The translations under genes were made by a program, and so were the position numbers. A stretch of 64,000 nucleotides of DNA, from the NCBI GenBank assembly GCA_038087875.1, contig JAXLNO010004298.1:1-64000 (forward strand). The letters are read 5' to 3'. Positions 23,411 through 35,604 of the stretch are shown in pieces. The notes under the pieces were generated by a model. The model was not told the DNA's origin. It saw only the letters and a program-made list of their open reading frames with translations, and searched no databases. The number at the start of each line of letters is the position of its first letter. The stretch's first letter is position 1. This DNA is from Malacoraja senta. Lineage: Eukaryota.

Positions 23411-23529
23411 AGTAGCATCTCACTGTTTTGGGAATAAGGGGGCGGGGAGAGGGGGGGGAGTAACAGTGACTGACTCTCCGCAGAGCAAGACCCCAGGGGA
23501 TGTTGAGGACACTGCGGGCCAATACCCCG

Positions 23530-23760
23530 CTAGGTGGCGCAGCGGTAGAGTTGCTGCCTCACAGCGGCTGAGACCCGGGTTCCATCCTGACTTGTCGGCG
23601 CGGAGTTTTCAGGTGATCTCTACCCCCCCGTGGACCAGTTTGGGTTTACTCCAGGTTCCCTGGTTTCCCCACGCACTTCGAAGACCTGCAGGGTTTGTCA
23701 GCTGGTTGGCTTCGGATATAAACTGTAAATTGTCCCAGAGTGTGTGTAGGATCTCCGACC
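23530..23760 (+). mobile_element. HE1-like V-SINE
   Basis: tRNA-like head gtggcgcagcggtagagttgctgcc and a V-domain-like body. Confidence 0.7.
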
Positions 23761-23818
23761 AATAACCCCCCCCCCCTCCCCACCCACTCGTGACGTCTCT
23801 TGTCCTACTCTTCACCAG

Positions 23819-23903
23819 AATGGAAGAATAATTTCCTCAGGCTCCATCAACTGGTTCTCATCGGTGGGCCCGACGATGGTGTGATCACCCCCTGGCAGTC
23901 AAG
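23819..23903 (+). CDS. PPT2: PPT2 internal exon (85 nt)
   Basis: ccag|[27 protein letters not shown]|gtagga; [13 protein letters not shown] is a PPT2 hallmark. Confidence 0.95.
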
Positions 23904-23914
23904 GTAGGAATTAC

Positions 23915-24190
23915 ACCCCCTATCTCCCTCCCCCTATCTCCCTCCCCCTCTCCCCCCCTCCTCTCACCCCCCTCTCCACACTCCCCTCTCCACACTCCCC
24001 TCTCCACACCCCCCTCTCCCACCCCCCTCTCCCCACCCCGCTCTCTCCCCCCGCTTCCCCCCCCTCTTTCCCCCCCTCTCCCCCTCCCTCTCCCCCCCAC
24101 ACCCCCCTCTCTCCCCGCCCTCTCCACTGTCCCCGGCCGATGTCTGCTTGCCATTTCCTGACTCTCGCTCTCTCTCTCTCTCTCTCCTTT
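23915..24190. repeat. C/T-rich low-complexity tract
   Basis: Imperfect ccccctctcc repeats filling the intron. Confidence 0.85.
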
Positions 24191-24196
24191 TTCCAG

Positions 24197-24251
24197 CCAC
24201 TTTGGGTTTTACAACGAGAATGAGACGGTGTTGGAGATGAAGAAGCAACTG
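24197..24251 (+). CDS. PPT2: PPT2 penultimate exon (55 nt)
   Basis: ttccag|(S)HFGFYNENETVLEMKKQL|gtgagt. Confidence 0.93.
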
Positions 24252-24407
24252 GTGAGTTCTCGTCCTCAGCGGTGGGGGGGGGGGAGGGGCGAGGCGTTGG
24301 GGAGGGTGGGCACTGGCTGGTGAAAGTGAAATCCCTGACGGTTCTGTTGCCTGATAACAGATGGGAAGAAATTGGGAATTCTCCTCTTTCCCTGGGACCA
24401 GCCAGCT

Positions 24408-24960
24408 CAGTCACGGTGGCGCAGCGGTAGAGTTGCTGCCTTACAGCGAATGGATCGCCGGAGACCCGGATTCCATCCCGACTACGGGTTCTGTCTGGAC
24501 GGAGTATGTGCCTTCTCCCCGTGGCCTGCGTGGGTTTTCTCCCAGATCTTCGTGTTTCCTCGCACATTCCAAAGACGTACAGGTTTGTAGGGTGGTACAC
24601 AAAAATGCTGGAGAAACTCAGCGGGTGCAGCAGCATCTATGGAGCGAAGGAATAGGTAACGTTTCGGGCCGAAACCCTTCTTCAGACTGAAAGAAGGGTT
24701 TCGGCCCGAAACGTTACCTATTTCCTTCGCTCCATAGATGCTGCTGCACCCGCTGAGTTTCTCCAGCATTTTTGTGTACCTTCGATTTTCCAGCATCTGC
24801 AGTTCCTTCTTTAACAGGTTTGTAGGGTAATTGGCTTGGTAAATGTAAAAATTGTCCCTAGTGGGTGAAGGATGGTATTAGTGTGCGGGGATCGCTGGTC
24901 GGCGCAGACATGGTGGGCCGAAGGGCCTGTTTCTGAGCTGGATGTCTAAACTAAACCAAA
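24408..24960 (+). mobile_element. HE1-like V-SINE interrupted by a palindromic insert
   Basis: SINE head at 24410; tail ends ctaaactaaac at about 24955. Confidence 0.8.
24594..24813. mobile_element. Palindromic Penelope-derived insert with 15-bp TSD
   Basis: Inverted arms 24594-24685 and 24687-24780; TSD acaggtttgtagggt at 24579-24593 and 24814-24828. Confidence 0.8.
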
Positions 24961-25234
24961 CCTGGGTGCTATCTACAGAGTTTGTACGTTCTCCCAGTGA
25001 TCACGTGGGTTTTCTCCAGGTGCTCCAGTATCCTCCCAAACTCCAAACACATACAGGTTTGTGGGTTAAAAATATTTAATTGTGCCCAGCATGTTGGATA
25101 GTATAACTGGTCGCCGCGGACTCGTTGGGCTGAAGGGCCTGTTTGCGCTCTGCACCTCTGGAGTCAAGTCTGGCGGAGTAGACTCGATGGGCCGAATGGC
25201 CTAATTCTTCCCCTGTATGTTATGGTTCTAACCA

Positions 25235-26636
25235 ATGTTACCACCAGGTGGTGCTTCGATGGCAACCTCGCCTACAGTCTGTCTGATTTTTTGTCTTTTT
25301 TTTTGTTCTTTTTTGGTTGTTTTAAAAGTTTGTGTTAATGTTCTCTGGTTTGTTTTATGTGGGGTGGGGGGGGGGGAGGTAAGGAGAAACTTTTTTTCAA
25401 TCTCTTACCTTGCCGGAGATGCGATTGTTTTCCGGATCGTATCTCCGGTCGCCCTGCGGCCTAACATCGATGGAGCTGGAGGCCTCGCTCGGGACGAGAA
25501 CCAGGGGCCACAGTTTAAGAATAAGGGGTGAGCCATTTAGAACGGAGACGAGGAAACACTTTTTCTCACAGAGAGTTGTGAGTCTGTGGAATTCTCTGCC
25601 TCAGAGGGCGGTGGAGGCCAGTTCTCTGGATGCTTTCAATAGAGAGCTAGACAGGGCTCTTAAAAATAGCGGAGTCAGGGGATATGGGGAGAAGGCAGGA
25701 ACGGGGTACTGATTGGGGATGATCAGCCATGATCACATTGAATGGCGGTGCTGGCTCAAAGGGCCGAATGGCCTACTCCTGCACCTATTGTCTATTGACT
25801 GACTTTGAGCCCCACCGCGGGGCCGTGGACTTACCCTCGGAGCCTGCGATCCCTTGCCTGGGATCGACGCTCCCAACCGCGGCCTTCGGATTTCACCTTC
25901 GTGGAGCTCGCAGTCTCGGGTAGAGACCGATGTCGGGAAGCTCCAAAAGCCGCACGGCGTTCGCATAGCCCTGAGCCGGGGTAGATTGCCCGGCGCGGGG
26001 GAGCTGAGATTCCCCCCCCCCCCCCCCCCACCTGATGCACGAGCTTGATCGCCCTGACGAGGAGGCCCCAAACACCGCCGGCTACGGGAGTGAGATTGTC
26101 CCGTCATCGGAATGCTCGAGGCCCCCCGACGTCTGGAGGACAAAGAAGGGAAGATATTGAACTTTTTTTTTCCGGCTTTCATCACAGTAAGGAATGTTGA
26201 GGAGTCACTGTGGTGGATGTTTATGTTAAAATGTGTTTTGTGTGTTCTATTGCTTTTTATTGGTATGACTGTATGGCGAATCAAAATCTTAGAATAAAGG
26301 GGAGGCCATTTAAGACTGAGGTGAGAAAGAAAATTTCACCCAGAGAGTTGTGAATTTGTGGAATTCCCTGCTACAGAGGGCAGTGGTGGCCAAATCACTG
26401 GATGGATTTAAGAGAGAGTTAGATAGAGCTCTAGGGGCTATGGAGTCAAGGGATATGGGGAGAAGGCAGGCACGGGTTATTGATTGGGGATGATCAGCCA
26501 TGATCACAATGAATGGCGGTGCTGGCTTGAAGGGCTGATTGGCCTCCTCCTGCACCTATTTTCTATGTTTCTATGTAAAATCCTCATGTGTTGCAAAACA
26601 TACTTGGCTAATAAAGTATGATTATGATTATGATTG
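25235..26636 (+). mobile_element. Non-autonomous retroposon with (ATGATT)n tail, interrupted by two CR1 3' ends (about 25490-25800 and 26290-26575)
   Basis: aataaagtatgattatgattatgatt tail at 26610-26636; body resumes on both sides of the CR1 pieces. Confidence 0.5.
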
Positions 26637-26654
26637 TTCCCTTCTTCCGCCAAG

Positions 26655-26800
26655 ATTTACCGCAAGGACACGTTTGGCCTGAAGACGATGGATGCCCGCA
26701 AGGCTATCACCACCTTCACGATGACCAACGTACATCACACGGAATGGCACTCCAACAAGACGGTGTGTTTGAGAAGTGCATCGTCAAGTGGCTCACGTAG
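26655..26800 (+). pseudogene. PPT2: PPT2 last exon with a 2-nt (TG) insertion
   Basis: ccaag|IYRKDTFGLKTMDARKAI...HTEWHSNKTV, then a frameshift to FEKCIVKWLT*; 146 nt instead of the in-frame 144. Confidence 0.8.
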
Positions 26801-27007
26801 ATACCACGGGCGGGAGAGAGGGATGGAGGGAGGTCCAAGGCTCCAGAGCAACCCCCAAACCAAACTCAACTCAACCCCACCCAACCCAACCCAACCCCCC
26901 AATGAACTGTCCTCTGCAGGTGGGAAGAGCGAACTGCAAAGCAGGAGACCTTCCCTGAAGAAGGGGCCCAGACCCAAAAACGTCACCTGTCCACGTTCTC
27001 CAGAGAT

Positions 27008-27280
27008 GGGCGGCACAGTGGCGCAGCTGCTTCGTTGTAGCTCCAGAGACCCGGGTTCGATCCTGACCTCGGGTGCTGTCTGCATGTGGAGTTTGCACGT
27101 TCTCCCCGTGACACGTGGTTTCAACCGGGTGCTCCGGTTTCCTCCCACATTCCAAAGACGTACAAATTTGTGGGTTATTTGGCTTCTGTAAATTGTCCCC
27201 ATGGTGTTAGTTACAAGGAGTGCACGGGGTCTGCACGGACACGGTGGGTCGAAGGGCCTATTTCCATGCTGAATCTCTAA
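27008..27280 (+). mobile_element. HE1-like V-SINE
   Basis: ggcacagtggcgcagc...ggagtttgcacgttctccccgtg. Confidence 0.8.
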
Positions 27281-27319
27281 GCTTAACTAACAGGAAGCTA
27301 AAACTGACTTGTGCTGGAA

Positions 27320-27655
27320 AAAAAGGCAGAAAGTGCTGGCATAATTCAGCGGGTCAGGCAGCATCTCTGGAGAACATGGACAGGTGACGTTTCGGGTCGG
27401 GACCCTTCTTCGGACTGACTTGGGTTGATGTGCAGGAAGGAACTGCAGATGCTCGTTTAAAAGTGAAAAGCTGGAGTAACTCAGCGGGACCGGCAGCACC
27501 TCTGGAGAGAAGGAATGGATGACTTTTCGGGTCGAGACAACTTCTTCGGACTCAAATGGGTGACGAAGGTCTGAAGAAGTTGTCTCGACCCGAAACGTCA
27601 CCCATCCCTTCTCTCCAGAGATGCTGCCTGTCCCGCTGAGTTGCTCCAGCTTTCA
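27320..27655. mobile_element. Cluster of Penelope-like terminal repeats in alternating orientation
   Basis: Three gctgcctg.cccgctgagtt units; hammerhead-like core CTGAAGA 27571-27577 and GAAACGTC 27592-27599. Confidence 0.6.
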
Positions 27656-27882
27656 GTCTCCATCTTCGACTTGTGTTGATAATGGACCAGTCGCAGGCAC
27701 TTTTCCACGCTCCACCCAAGTCAGACTCCCGTGGACTAGTCCGATTAGCGGCATCTGGTAAATACTCCCTTGATGCCTCCTGTCCATTCCTCCAAGACTG
27801 GTCCTCTCCCTCCCCGACCCATCTCTGCGATCTTCACCAAGTGAATGCAAACCTTCAGAATTTCCTTCAATCCCGTTGAATG

Positions 27883-28448
27883 CCTGGGCGGAAATCCTGG
27901 GGGGGGGGGGACCTGTAACCCCCCAAGTTTTGAGAGGTGGGGGACAATCACCCCCCCCCCCCCCCATGTTTTGTGACTTGGGCGCTACAGCCAGTTCCAG
28001 GTCAGCTCGCCTGCCCCGGGACTAACTGCAGTTCCCAGATTGGCTCGCCTGCCCCGGGTCTGGCTGTAACGCCCAGGTCAGCTCGCCTGCCCCGGGACTG
28101 GCTGTCGCCAGGTCGTTCGCCTGCCCGGGACTGGCTGTAGCGTCCAGGTCAGCTCGCCTGCCCCGGGTCTGGCTGTCGCCAGGTCGTTCGCCTGCCTGGG
28201 ACTGGCTGTAGCGTCCAGGTCAGCTCGCCTGCCCCGGGTCTGGCTGTAAAGCCCATGTTGCCTGCGTGCCCCGGGACTCGCTGAAGTTTCCAGGTCGTGA
28301 AAGCTAATTGGGAAAAAAAATACGCCTGTAGGCCAGATGATTTCGGGTTATGGGCCGAATCTGGCCTGTCGGCCATAGGTTGTCGACCCCCTGGCTTCTT
28401 TGTCCCCCCCCCCCCCCCAACATGTTTTAAAAGCGATTTCCGCCCATG
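27883..28448. mobile_element. Non-autonomous DNA transposon with internal minisatellite
   Basis: TIR c.tgggcggaaatc / gatttccgcccatg; about 8 copies of caggtcagctcgcctgccccggg.ctggctgt at 27995-28285; related end at 33340-33410. Confidence 0.6.
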
Positions 28449-29552
28449 CCTTGAACGAGTTTGGTTCGGTTCTGCTCACTTGAGAACCCCCCTCTTTTTC
28501 TAACACAGTGTTAAATAATTTCCAAGGGAACTTTTGAAGGGAAGATAAGATGTTTTCTATATCAAAGCTTTTAAAATCATATTCAAAGTAATAATTTTTG
28601 AGGAATGAGTGAGTTTTTAAGGATGAAATATTTGTGACTGTTGCCTTTTATATGGAGAAATAATAATAATAATAATATTCAAGCTAGGACAATTTTGGGC
28701 AGTAAATGTCATGATATATACCTCAGGAATGAGAAGCAGTGGGTTTTGGCGATGGGGGAGGGAGGGGGGGGGAGGAAATTGTGGAATTTTCTCAGTCGGG
28801 AAGGGAGGCAGCAGGAATTGAACAGGAGTTGATTTCTCCCGGGCAAACCCATGACATTTGCAGGGCGAGGATGATGGACCAGAGGTTCCATTGCCGACCC
28901 CAGCCGTTACTGGAAATTCCAGAAGAAAATATCCGGGTCTATTTTTTGGAAGAGAAAAAAATAAGGTATGAGTCGGTTAAGAAAGTTTCCCCTCTGCTTT
29001 GTATCGTTAGCAAGGAGTGAAATTCTCACGGATAATGGGATTTTTGTTTTTGTTTTGCAGTCTTTCCTTCTGGTTTCTCTCCGATCTCTTGGAATTGTAC
29101 CGGGTGGGATTCTGTTGCTCTTTTGGTTTTCCCCCTTGAAATAATACTTTAGAGGTTGGGAATACTTTAGAGGGTTCCGTTAAACCCTCGTCGGGCGTAT
29201 CTTGGTACGCCAGGGCGTATCTTCACCTCGACTACAAGGAACTGCAGATGCTGGTTTACAACAAAAATAAAAAAGACTCAAAGTGCTGGAGTAACACAAA
29301 GGGCCAGGCAGCATCTCCGGAGAACATGCATGGCCGTCACTTCGGGTCGAGATAGCTGCTTTTGACCTGAAACATCACCTTTCCATGTTCTCCAGGTATG
29401 TGGCCTGACTCGCTGAGGTATTTCAGCATTTTGGCTCTTTCTTGTTTGGTAAACCAGCATCTGCAGTTCCAAAAAAGACACCCAGTGCCGGAGTAACTTA
29501 GCAGGTCAGGCAGCATCTCTGGGGAACATGGATGGGTGACTTCTTCTTCTGT

Positions 29553-29990
29553 CGTGTGCCTTTTAGACCTGCAGCTCCGTTGAGGCGAGCCTGGCCAACG
29601 TGTCATCGTCCAGGTCAATCAGACCTCGTTCATCATTCGGTGGCCGGTGTTTGGGGCAACTGGTGACTATGTGCTCCACTGTCTGTGTTGGGTCCCCACA
29701 CTCGCAGGAGGCGCTGTCCATGAGGCCCCACCTCTTCATCGCTACTCCATAGCGTCCGACGCCTGTCCTCAAGTGGTTGAGGGTTGTCCACTGCTTTCGG
29801 GGCAGGTCCTGGCCAGGGACGTCCATGGGGTCATCGATGTAATGGTGTAGCCTAGATGGTTCCGCTGACTTTCACTGGTCTCTCCATCTCGTCTTGACCC
29901 AGGCGGCCTTAGAAGCGTCAGCCGGTGTTGTGCAGAGCAGCTCTTGGGCTTGCATGGCAAAACCAGATGGGCGATGTTTTGGATAGATAG
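29553..29990 (-). mobile_element. Vingi/RTE-X-like LINE C-terminal fragments
   Basis: WTTLNHLRTGVGRYG...WGL...CECG...QTVEHIVTSCP (CCHC-type end). Confidence 0.6.
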
Positions 29991-30064
29991 CTTGTTTTGC
30001 CCTCAAGACATCACCAATCCATGTTCTCCAGAGATGCTGCCTGACCTGCTGAGTAACTCCAGCA

Positions 30065-31195
30065 CTTTGTGTCAATAGACAATAGAACCTACACTGCCTC
30101 AATAGCAAGGATGTCCTTCCTCAAATTAGGAGAACAAAACTGCACAAGATACTCCAGATGTGGTCTCACCAGGGCCCTGTACAACTGCAGAAGGACTTCT
30201 TTACTCCTCTACTCAAATCTCCTCATTATGAAGGCCAACATGCCATTAGCTTTCTTCACTGCCTGTTGTACCTGCATGTTTACTTTCAGTGACTGGTGTA
30301 CAAGGACACCCAGGTCTCGTTCGACTTTCCTTTTTCCTCATCTGACACCATTGAGATAATAATCTGCCTCCTTGTTCTTGCTGCCAAAGTGGATAACCTC
30401 ACATTTATCTACATTATTATACTACATCTGCCATGCATCTGCCCACTCACCCAACCTGTCCAAATCACACTGCCTACCTCTTGCCCAGCAACCCTGGGCA
30501 TGTTCTTACCCAAGTTCTGGGTAAGAATTCTCATCTCTTCCCATTTCCTTCCGTTGCGAGGAGCAGACACGGGCACGGTGGCGCAGCGGCAGAGTTGCTG
30601 CCCCACAGCACCAGGGACCCGGGTTCGATCCTGACCAGGGGTGCTGTCTGTACAGAGTTTGCACCTTCACCCTGTGACCTTTCGTGGGTTTCCTCCGGGT
30701 GCTCCGGTTTCCTCCCACACTCAATAGTCAATTGGTGCAGGAGTAGGCCATTCGGCCCTTTGAGCCGAATGACCTTTAATATGATGATGGCTGATCATTC
30801 CCAATCAGTACCCCGTTCCTGCCTTCTCCCAATATCCCCTGACTCCGCTATCTTTAAGAGCCCTATCCAGCTCTCTCTTGAAAGTATCCAGAGAACCGGC
30901 CTCCACCACCCTCTGAGGCAGAGAATTCCACAGACTCATAACTCTCTGTGTGAAAAGGTGTTTCCTCGTCTCCGTTCTAAATGGCTTACCCCTTATTCTT
31001 AAACTGCGGCCCTGGTTCTGGACTCCCCCAACATCGGGAACATTGCACTCTGAAGATGTGCAAGCTTGTAGGTTAATTGGCTTCCTCTAAATTGTCCCTA
31101 GTGTGTAGGATAGAACTAGTATACGGGTGATTATTGATCGGCATGGACTCAGTGGGCCAAAGTGCCTGTTTCCACGCTGTATCTCTAAACTAATA
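30065..31195. mobile_element. CR1 fragments (minus) and a V-SINE split by a CR1 tail
   Basis: CR1 at 30065-30480 and 30730-31045; SINE at 30570-30730 resuming at 31050-31195. Confidence 0.75.
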
Positions 31196-32189
31196 TTAAC
31201 AGTGGGAATGCCTGCACTCAGAACTTAGTAAAATATTTTTGGATAATGAAACTGTTGTGTATAAATAAGGGATAGAAAAAAAATCTTGGGTATTTAATTT
31301 ATTGATTTTGAGTATGACCTAAATCAGTATCAAAGCATGATGACCTCCCAATGTAATGGGAGGTTTGGTACAGCTGTGACATCTATCTATTGACGATGAC
31401 TTCATGACTTCCCCAGACAGGGGATCAGTTTGTCTCCATTTGGTGATGGGTTGTGCCTGTTGCTTGGACAAGACCAACTGTGACCAGGTGGAAAAATGTA
31501 TGGAGTGGGGTCACCATTATCTCCAGCAGAAAGGATAATGTGCGGTGAGATATTGAGTCTGGGCAGTCAGGTATTAAACAAAAAATAATAATACAACCAC
31601 ATGTGACAATTGCCAAACAAGTCAGCTTCTGCGTCACGAGTTATCGTTTGTTTTGACTTTTTCGAGGATTGTTTTGCACATTATTTCAACGTTGCATCAT
31701 GCTGTTATTGTCCAATAAAGTTATTTTAAAGGACAAGAAGGAGTCTGGTGCCTGTGAATCTTACTTAATGAGCTGGGTCTTTCCGCTGCGGCCACTGAAG
31801 GTAAATGCTCGTTCCTGGCAGGGCTGTGGAGTCGATTCCCAAAACGCCCGACTCAGTCTCCGATGCCTTGAGTTCTTGTGTATCCGACTCCAACACGACT
31901 CCGTCACGCACAGCTCTTTCTTGGGGCCGAGCGTGCATGCGCGAGGCTTCGGCCGTGGGCCCTGTGGACAGTAACATCGGGAGCTGACCTGGTTGGTGAC
32001 CGACTCCGAACTCCAGCAACAGCAGCTTCGTCCGCCCCAAAACCATTGTGCTTGATCGGCCCGTTCGCGGGGCCTTTCATTGCCCGGCGCGGCTTAAAAC
32101 CGGCTGCGGGGTCTTCAACATCGGGAGCCTCGATCGCCTCGACGCAGAAATTTGACCGTGGGGCGGTGGAAGATCCCGCGGCTGTATAA

Positions 32190-33005
32190 TGTGGATAAAT
32201 GTGAGGTTATCCACTTTGGTGGCAAAAACAGGAAAGTAGACTATTATCTAAATGGTGGCCGATTAGGAAAAGGGGAGATGCAACGAGACCTGGGTGTCAT
32301 GGTAAAAACCAGTCATTGAAAGTAGGCATGCAGGTGTAGCAGGCAGTGAAGAAAGCGAATGGTATGTTAGCATTCATAGCACAAGGATTTGAGTATAGGA
32401 GCAGGGAGGTTCTACTGCAGTTGTACAGGGTCTTGGTGAGACCACACCTGGAGTATTGCGTACAGTTTTGGTCTCCAAATCTGAGGAAAGACATTCTTGC
32501 CATAGAGGGAGTACAGAGAAGGTTCGCCAGACTGATTCCTGGGATGTCAGGACTTTCATATGAAAAAAGACTGGATAGACTCGGCTTGTACTCGCTAGAA
32601 TTTAGAAGATTGAGGGGGGATCTTATAGAAACTTACAAAATTCTTAAGGGGTTTGGACAGGCTAGATGCAGGAAGATTGTTCCCGATGTTGGGGAAGTCC
32701 AGGACAAGGGGTCACAGTTTAAGGATAAAGGGGAAATCCTTTAGGACCGAGATGAGAAAAACATTTTTCACACAGAGAGTGGTGAATCTCTGGAACTCTC
32801 TGCCACAGAAGGTAGTTGAGGCCAGTTCATTGGCTATAGTTAAGAGGGAGTTAGATGTGGCCCTTGTGGCTAAAGAGATCAGGGGGTATGGAGAGAAGGC
32901 AGGTACAGGATACTGAGTAGGAATATCAGCCATGATCATATTGAATGGCGGTGCAGGCTCGAAGGGCCGAATGGCCACTCCTGCACCTATTTTCTATGTT
33001 TCTAT
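32190..33005 (+). mobile_element. CR1 LINE 3' end
   Basis: ORFs 32346..32744 and 32653..32916; ctatgtttcta tail. Confidence 0.9.
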
Positions 33006-33874
33006 TTTAAGCCGCGCCGGGCGATGAAAGGCCCCTCGAACGGGCCGATTCAAGCTCAGCTCTATTATCTTTGCTCCACCAGGACGTCTCCCTCCTCCAA
33101 TCACCGCGCTCTATCCACAGTCCCAGCCCCCCTACTTACGCCTCTGACCGACACCTCCCTCCTCCAATCATTGCGCTGAATCATCATGTCCCGCCCCCCC
33201 CCATTGCCTGCTGACCGACGTCTCTCTCGTCCAATCAGCGCCCTCGATCATCAGTCCCACCCCACTGTCTCGCGGAAAGCTGAGATTTTTAAAATATTTG
33301 TATTCACCGAATTTTAAAATCCGGATTACAAAACATCGGGGGGAATTGTCCCCCACCTCTCAAAACATGAGGGGGATGCGTCCCATCCCCCCGGGATTTC
33401 CGCCCATGGCTAAATATGACATCGCTAAATATGCTAAATAGATGTCGCTGTATAATAAATTTCAAATATGAAATTAAACAAAATGACTCACAAATGCATT
33501 TACATATGATTAGCCTATTTATCACTATTTCCCTCGGAACCCCTGGTGACCTCTTGCGGAACCCTCGCGTTCCGGGGAACCCCGGTTGAGTAACACTGCT
33601 GTGGACGGCTGGATTGTAAACATAGTTATTGTTCTTCATCTCTCCACATCATCGTCTGCACCTCTCGTTTCCCTTATCTGAAGAAGTGTCTTGACCCGAA
33701 ACATCACCCATTCCTTCTCTCCAGTGATGCTACCTGTCCCGCCGAGTTACTCCAGCCTTTTGTGTCTATCTTCGGTCTAAACCAGCATCTGGAGTTCCTT
33801 CCTACACTTCCCTTTGAATGGACAGCGTGCAAACTATTTAGCTTTTCACTGCACCTCGGTACTCGTAACAATAA

Positions 33875-34490
33875 GACTTGTTAGGACTGGAGGGTGTGAG
33901 CTTTAGGGAGAGGTTAAGTAGGCTGGGTCTCTATTCCATGGAGCGCAGGAGGATGAGGGGAGGTCTTACAGAGGTGTACAAAATCATAAGAGGAATAGAT
34001 CGGGTAGATGCACAGCCTTTTACCCCATGTTTAAGAAAGAACTGCAGATGCTGGAAAAATCGAAGGGAGACACAAAATGCTGGAGAAACTCAGCGGGCGA
34101 GGCAGCATCTATGGAGCGAAGGGATACGTGATGTTTCGGGTCGAGACTTCAGAGTGAACTAAGTGTGTCTACCTTCGAATCTCTTACCCAGAGTAGGGGA
34201 ATCGAGGACCAGATGACATAGGTTCAAGGTGAAGGGGAAAAGATTGAATAGGAATCCGAGGGGTAACTTTTTTCACACAGAGGGTGGTGGGTGTATGGAA
34301 CAAGCTGCCAAAGGAGGTAGTTGAGGCTGGGACTATCCCATCGTTTAAGAAACAGTTAGACAGATACATGGATAGGACAGGTTTGGAGGGATATGGACCA
34401 AGCGCAGACAAGTGGGACTAGAGTAGCTGGGACATTGTTGGCCGGTGAGGGCAAGTTGGGACGAAGGGCCTGTTTCCACACACCATCACT
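33875..34490 (+). mobile_element. CR1 3' end with an embedded Penelope-like repeat
   Basis: ORF 33878..34162 LSRLGLYSMERRRMRGGL; insert at about 34035-34180. Confidence 0.7.
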
Positions 34491-34539
34491 CTATTGCTCA
34501 ATGAACAATAAACGAAACTAAAATCGTCCAACCCCTCGC

Positions 34540-34960
34540 TGCCCTCCACGCCCTTTCATTGCGTCCCAAAATTTGGAAAAGGGTTTATTTTTACAGGAGT
34601 GAGTGGCTGCTGTTCCGATTTTAACTCGGGCACGTTGGAGGAGCGGGCCCGGGGAGGTGGGGACGACTCAACGGGTGAGTGAGACTCCTGGACAACTCCC
34701 AGCCGCTGGGACAAAGCGATCGCTCCACCTTCATTGCACCTTAGCGGAGACTGGGTGGAATGTGGAAGTTGTCCCGTTGTCCCGGCCCGTTGTCCCGGCC
34801 CGGCCCACAGCCCCCCGGGGTGCGGCTGGGACCGAGGCCAGGGTTGGTTTCCCGGGGCCGGAGTGGCTCGTTTGCCCGCTTGGGAGAGCGTGGGGGGGCC
34901 GGTGCGGGTCAGGGAAGGTCTAGCCGGCGGCCGGGAGAGTTGGTCGTTCACTGGGATCGC
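34540..34960 (+). promoter_or_regulatory. GC-rich putative promoter and non-coding first exon of the BTN-like gene
   Basis: Unique CpG-rich segment with donor acgg|gtgagt at 34675, about 2.2 kb upstream of the leader exon. Confidence 0.35.
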
Positions 34961-35604
34961 CATGCAGCGTGTAAACAGACCCTTCGGCCCAACGTGCCCC
35001 TTCTACTCTAGTCCCACCTGCCTGCGCTTGGTCCATATCCCTCAAAACCTGTTCTATCCATGTACCCGTTTCTTCAACGTTGGGATAGTCCCAGCCTCAA
35101 CTACCTCCTCTGGCAGCTTGTTCCATACATCCACTACCCTCTGTGTGGAAAAGACCTGTTCGTTCCCAGCGCCTTCGGCCGGGAATGTCGCTGCTAGGCC
35201 GACCATGCAAAGAAAAGATTAAATCCCCTTCTCATTCCCACAGACGGACACAAAATGATGGAGTAACTCTCAGCGGGACAGGCAGGCAGCATCTCTGGAG
35301 AGAAGGGGTGGGTGGCGTTTCTGGTCCAGACCCTTCTTCAGACTCTGCTTCGGACTCAAATGGGTGACGAAGGTCTGAAGAAGTTGTCTCGACCCGAAAC
35401 GTCACCTATCCCTTCTCTCCAGAGATGCTGCCTGTCCCGCGTTGTGACTCCAGCATTTTGTGTCTCTCTTCGGTGTAAACCAGCATCTGTAGTTCCTTCC
35501 TACAATTAACTCAGTGTTTGGAGAGAGTGTAGAGATACTGCGTGGAAACAGGCCCTTCGGCCCATCGAGTCCACGCTGACCACCGATCACCCATTCACAC
35601 TAGT

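Noticed and set aside
24408-24490. tRNA genes at SINE heads
   Set aside because: tRNA-derived A/B-box-like heads continue into a V-SINE body, with no complete cloverleaf
27995-28285. CRISPR-like array
   Set aside because: Tandem repeats without unique spacers, eukaryotic context, no cas genes; the same applies to 12137-12205
28739-29020. 93-aa ORF as a gene
   Set aside because: No recognisable domain, and it starts within a G-run
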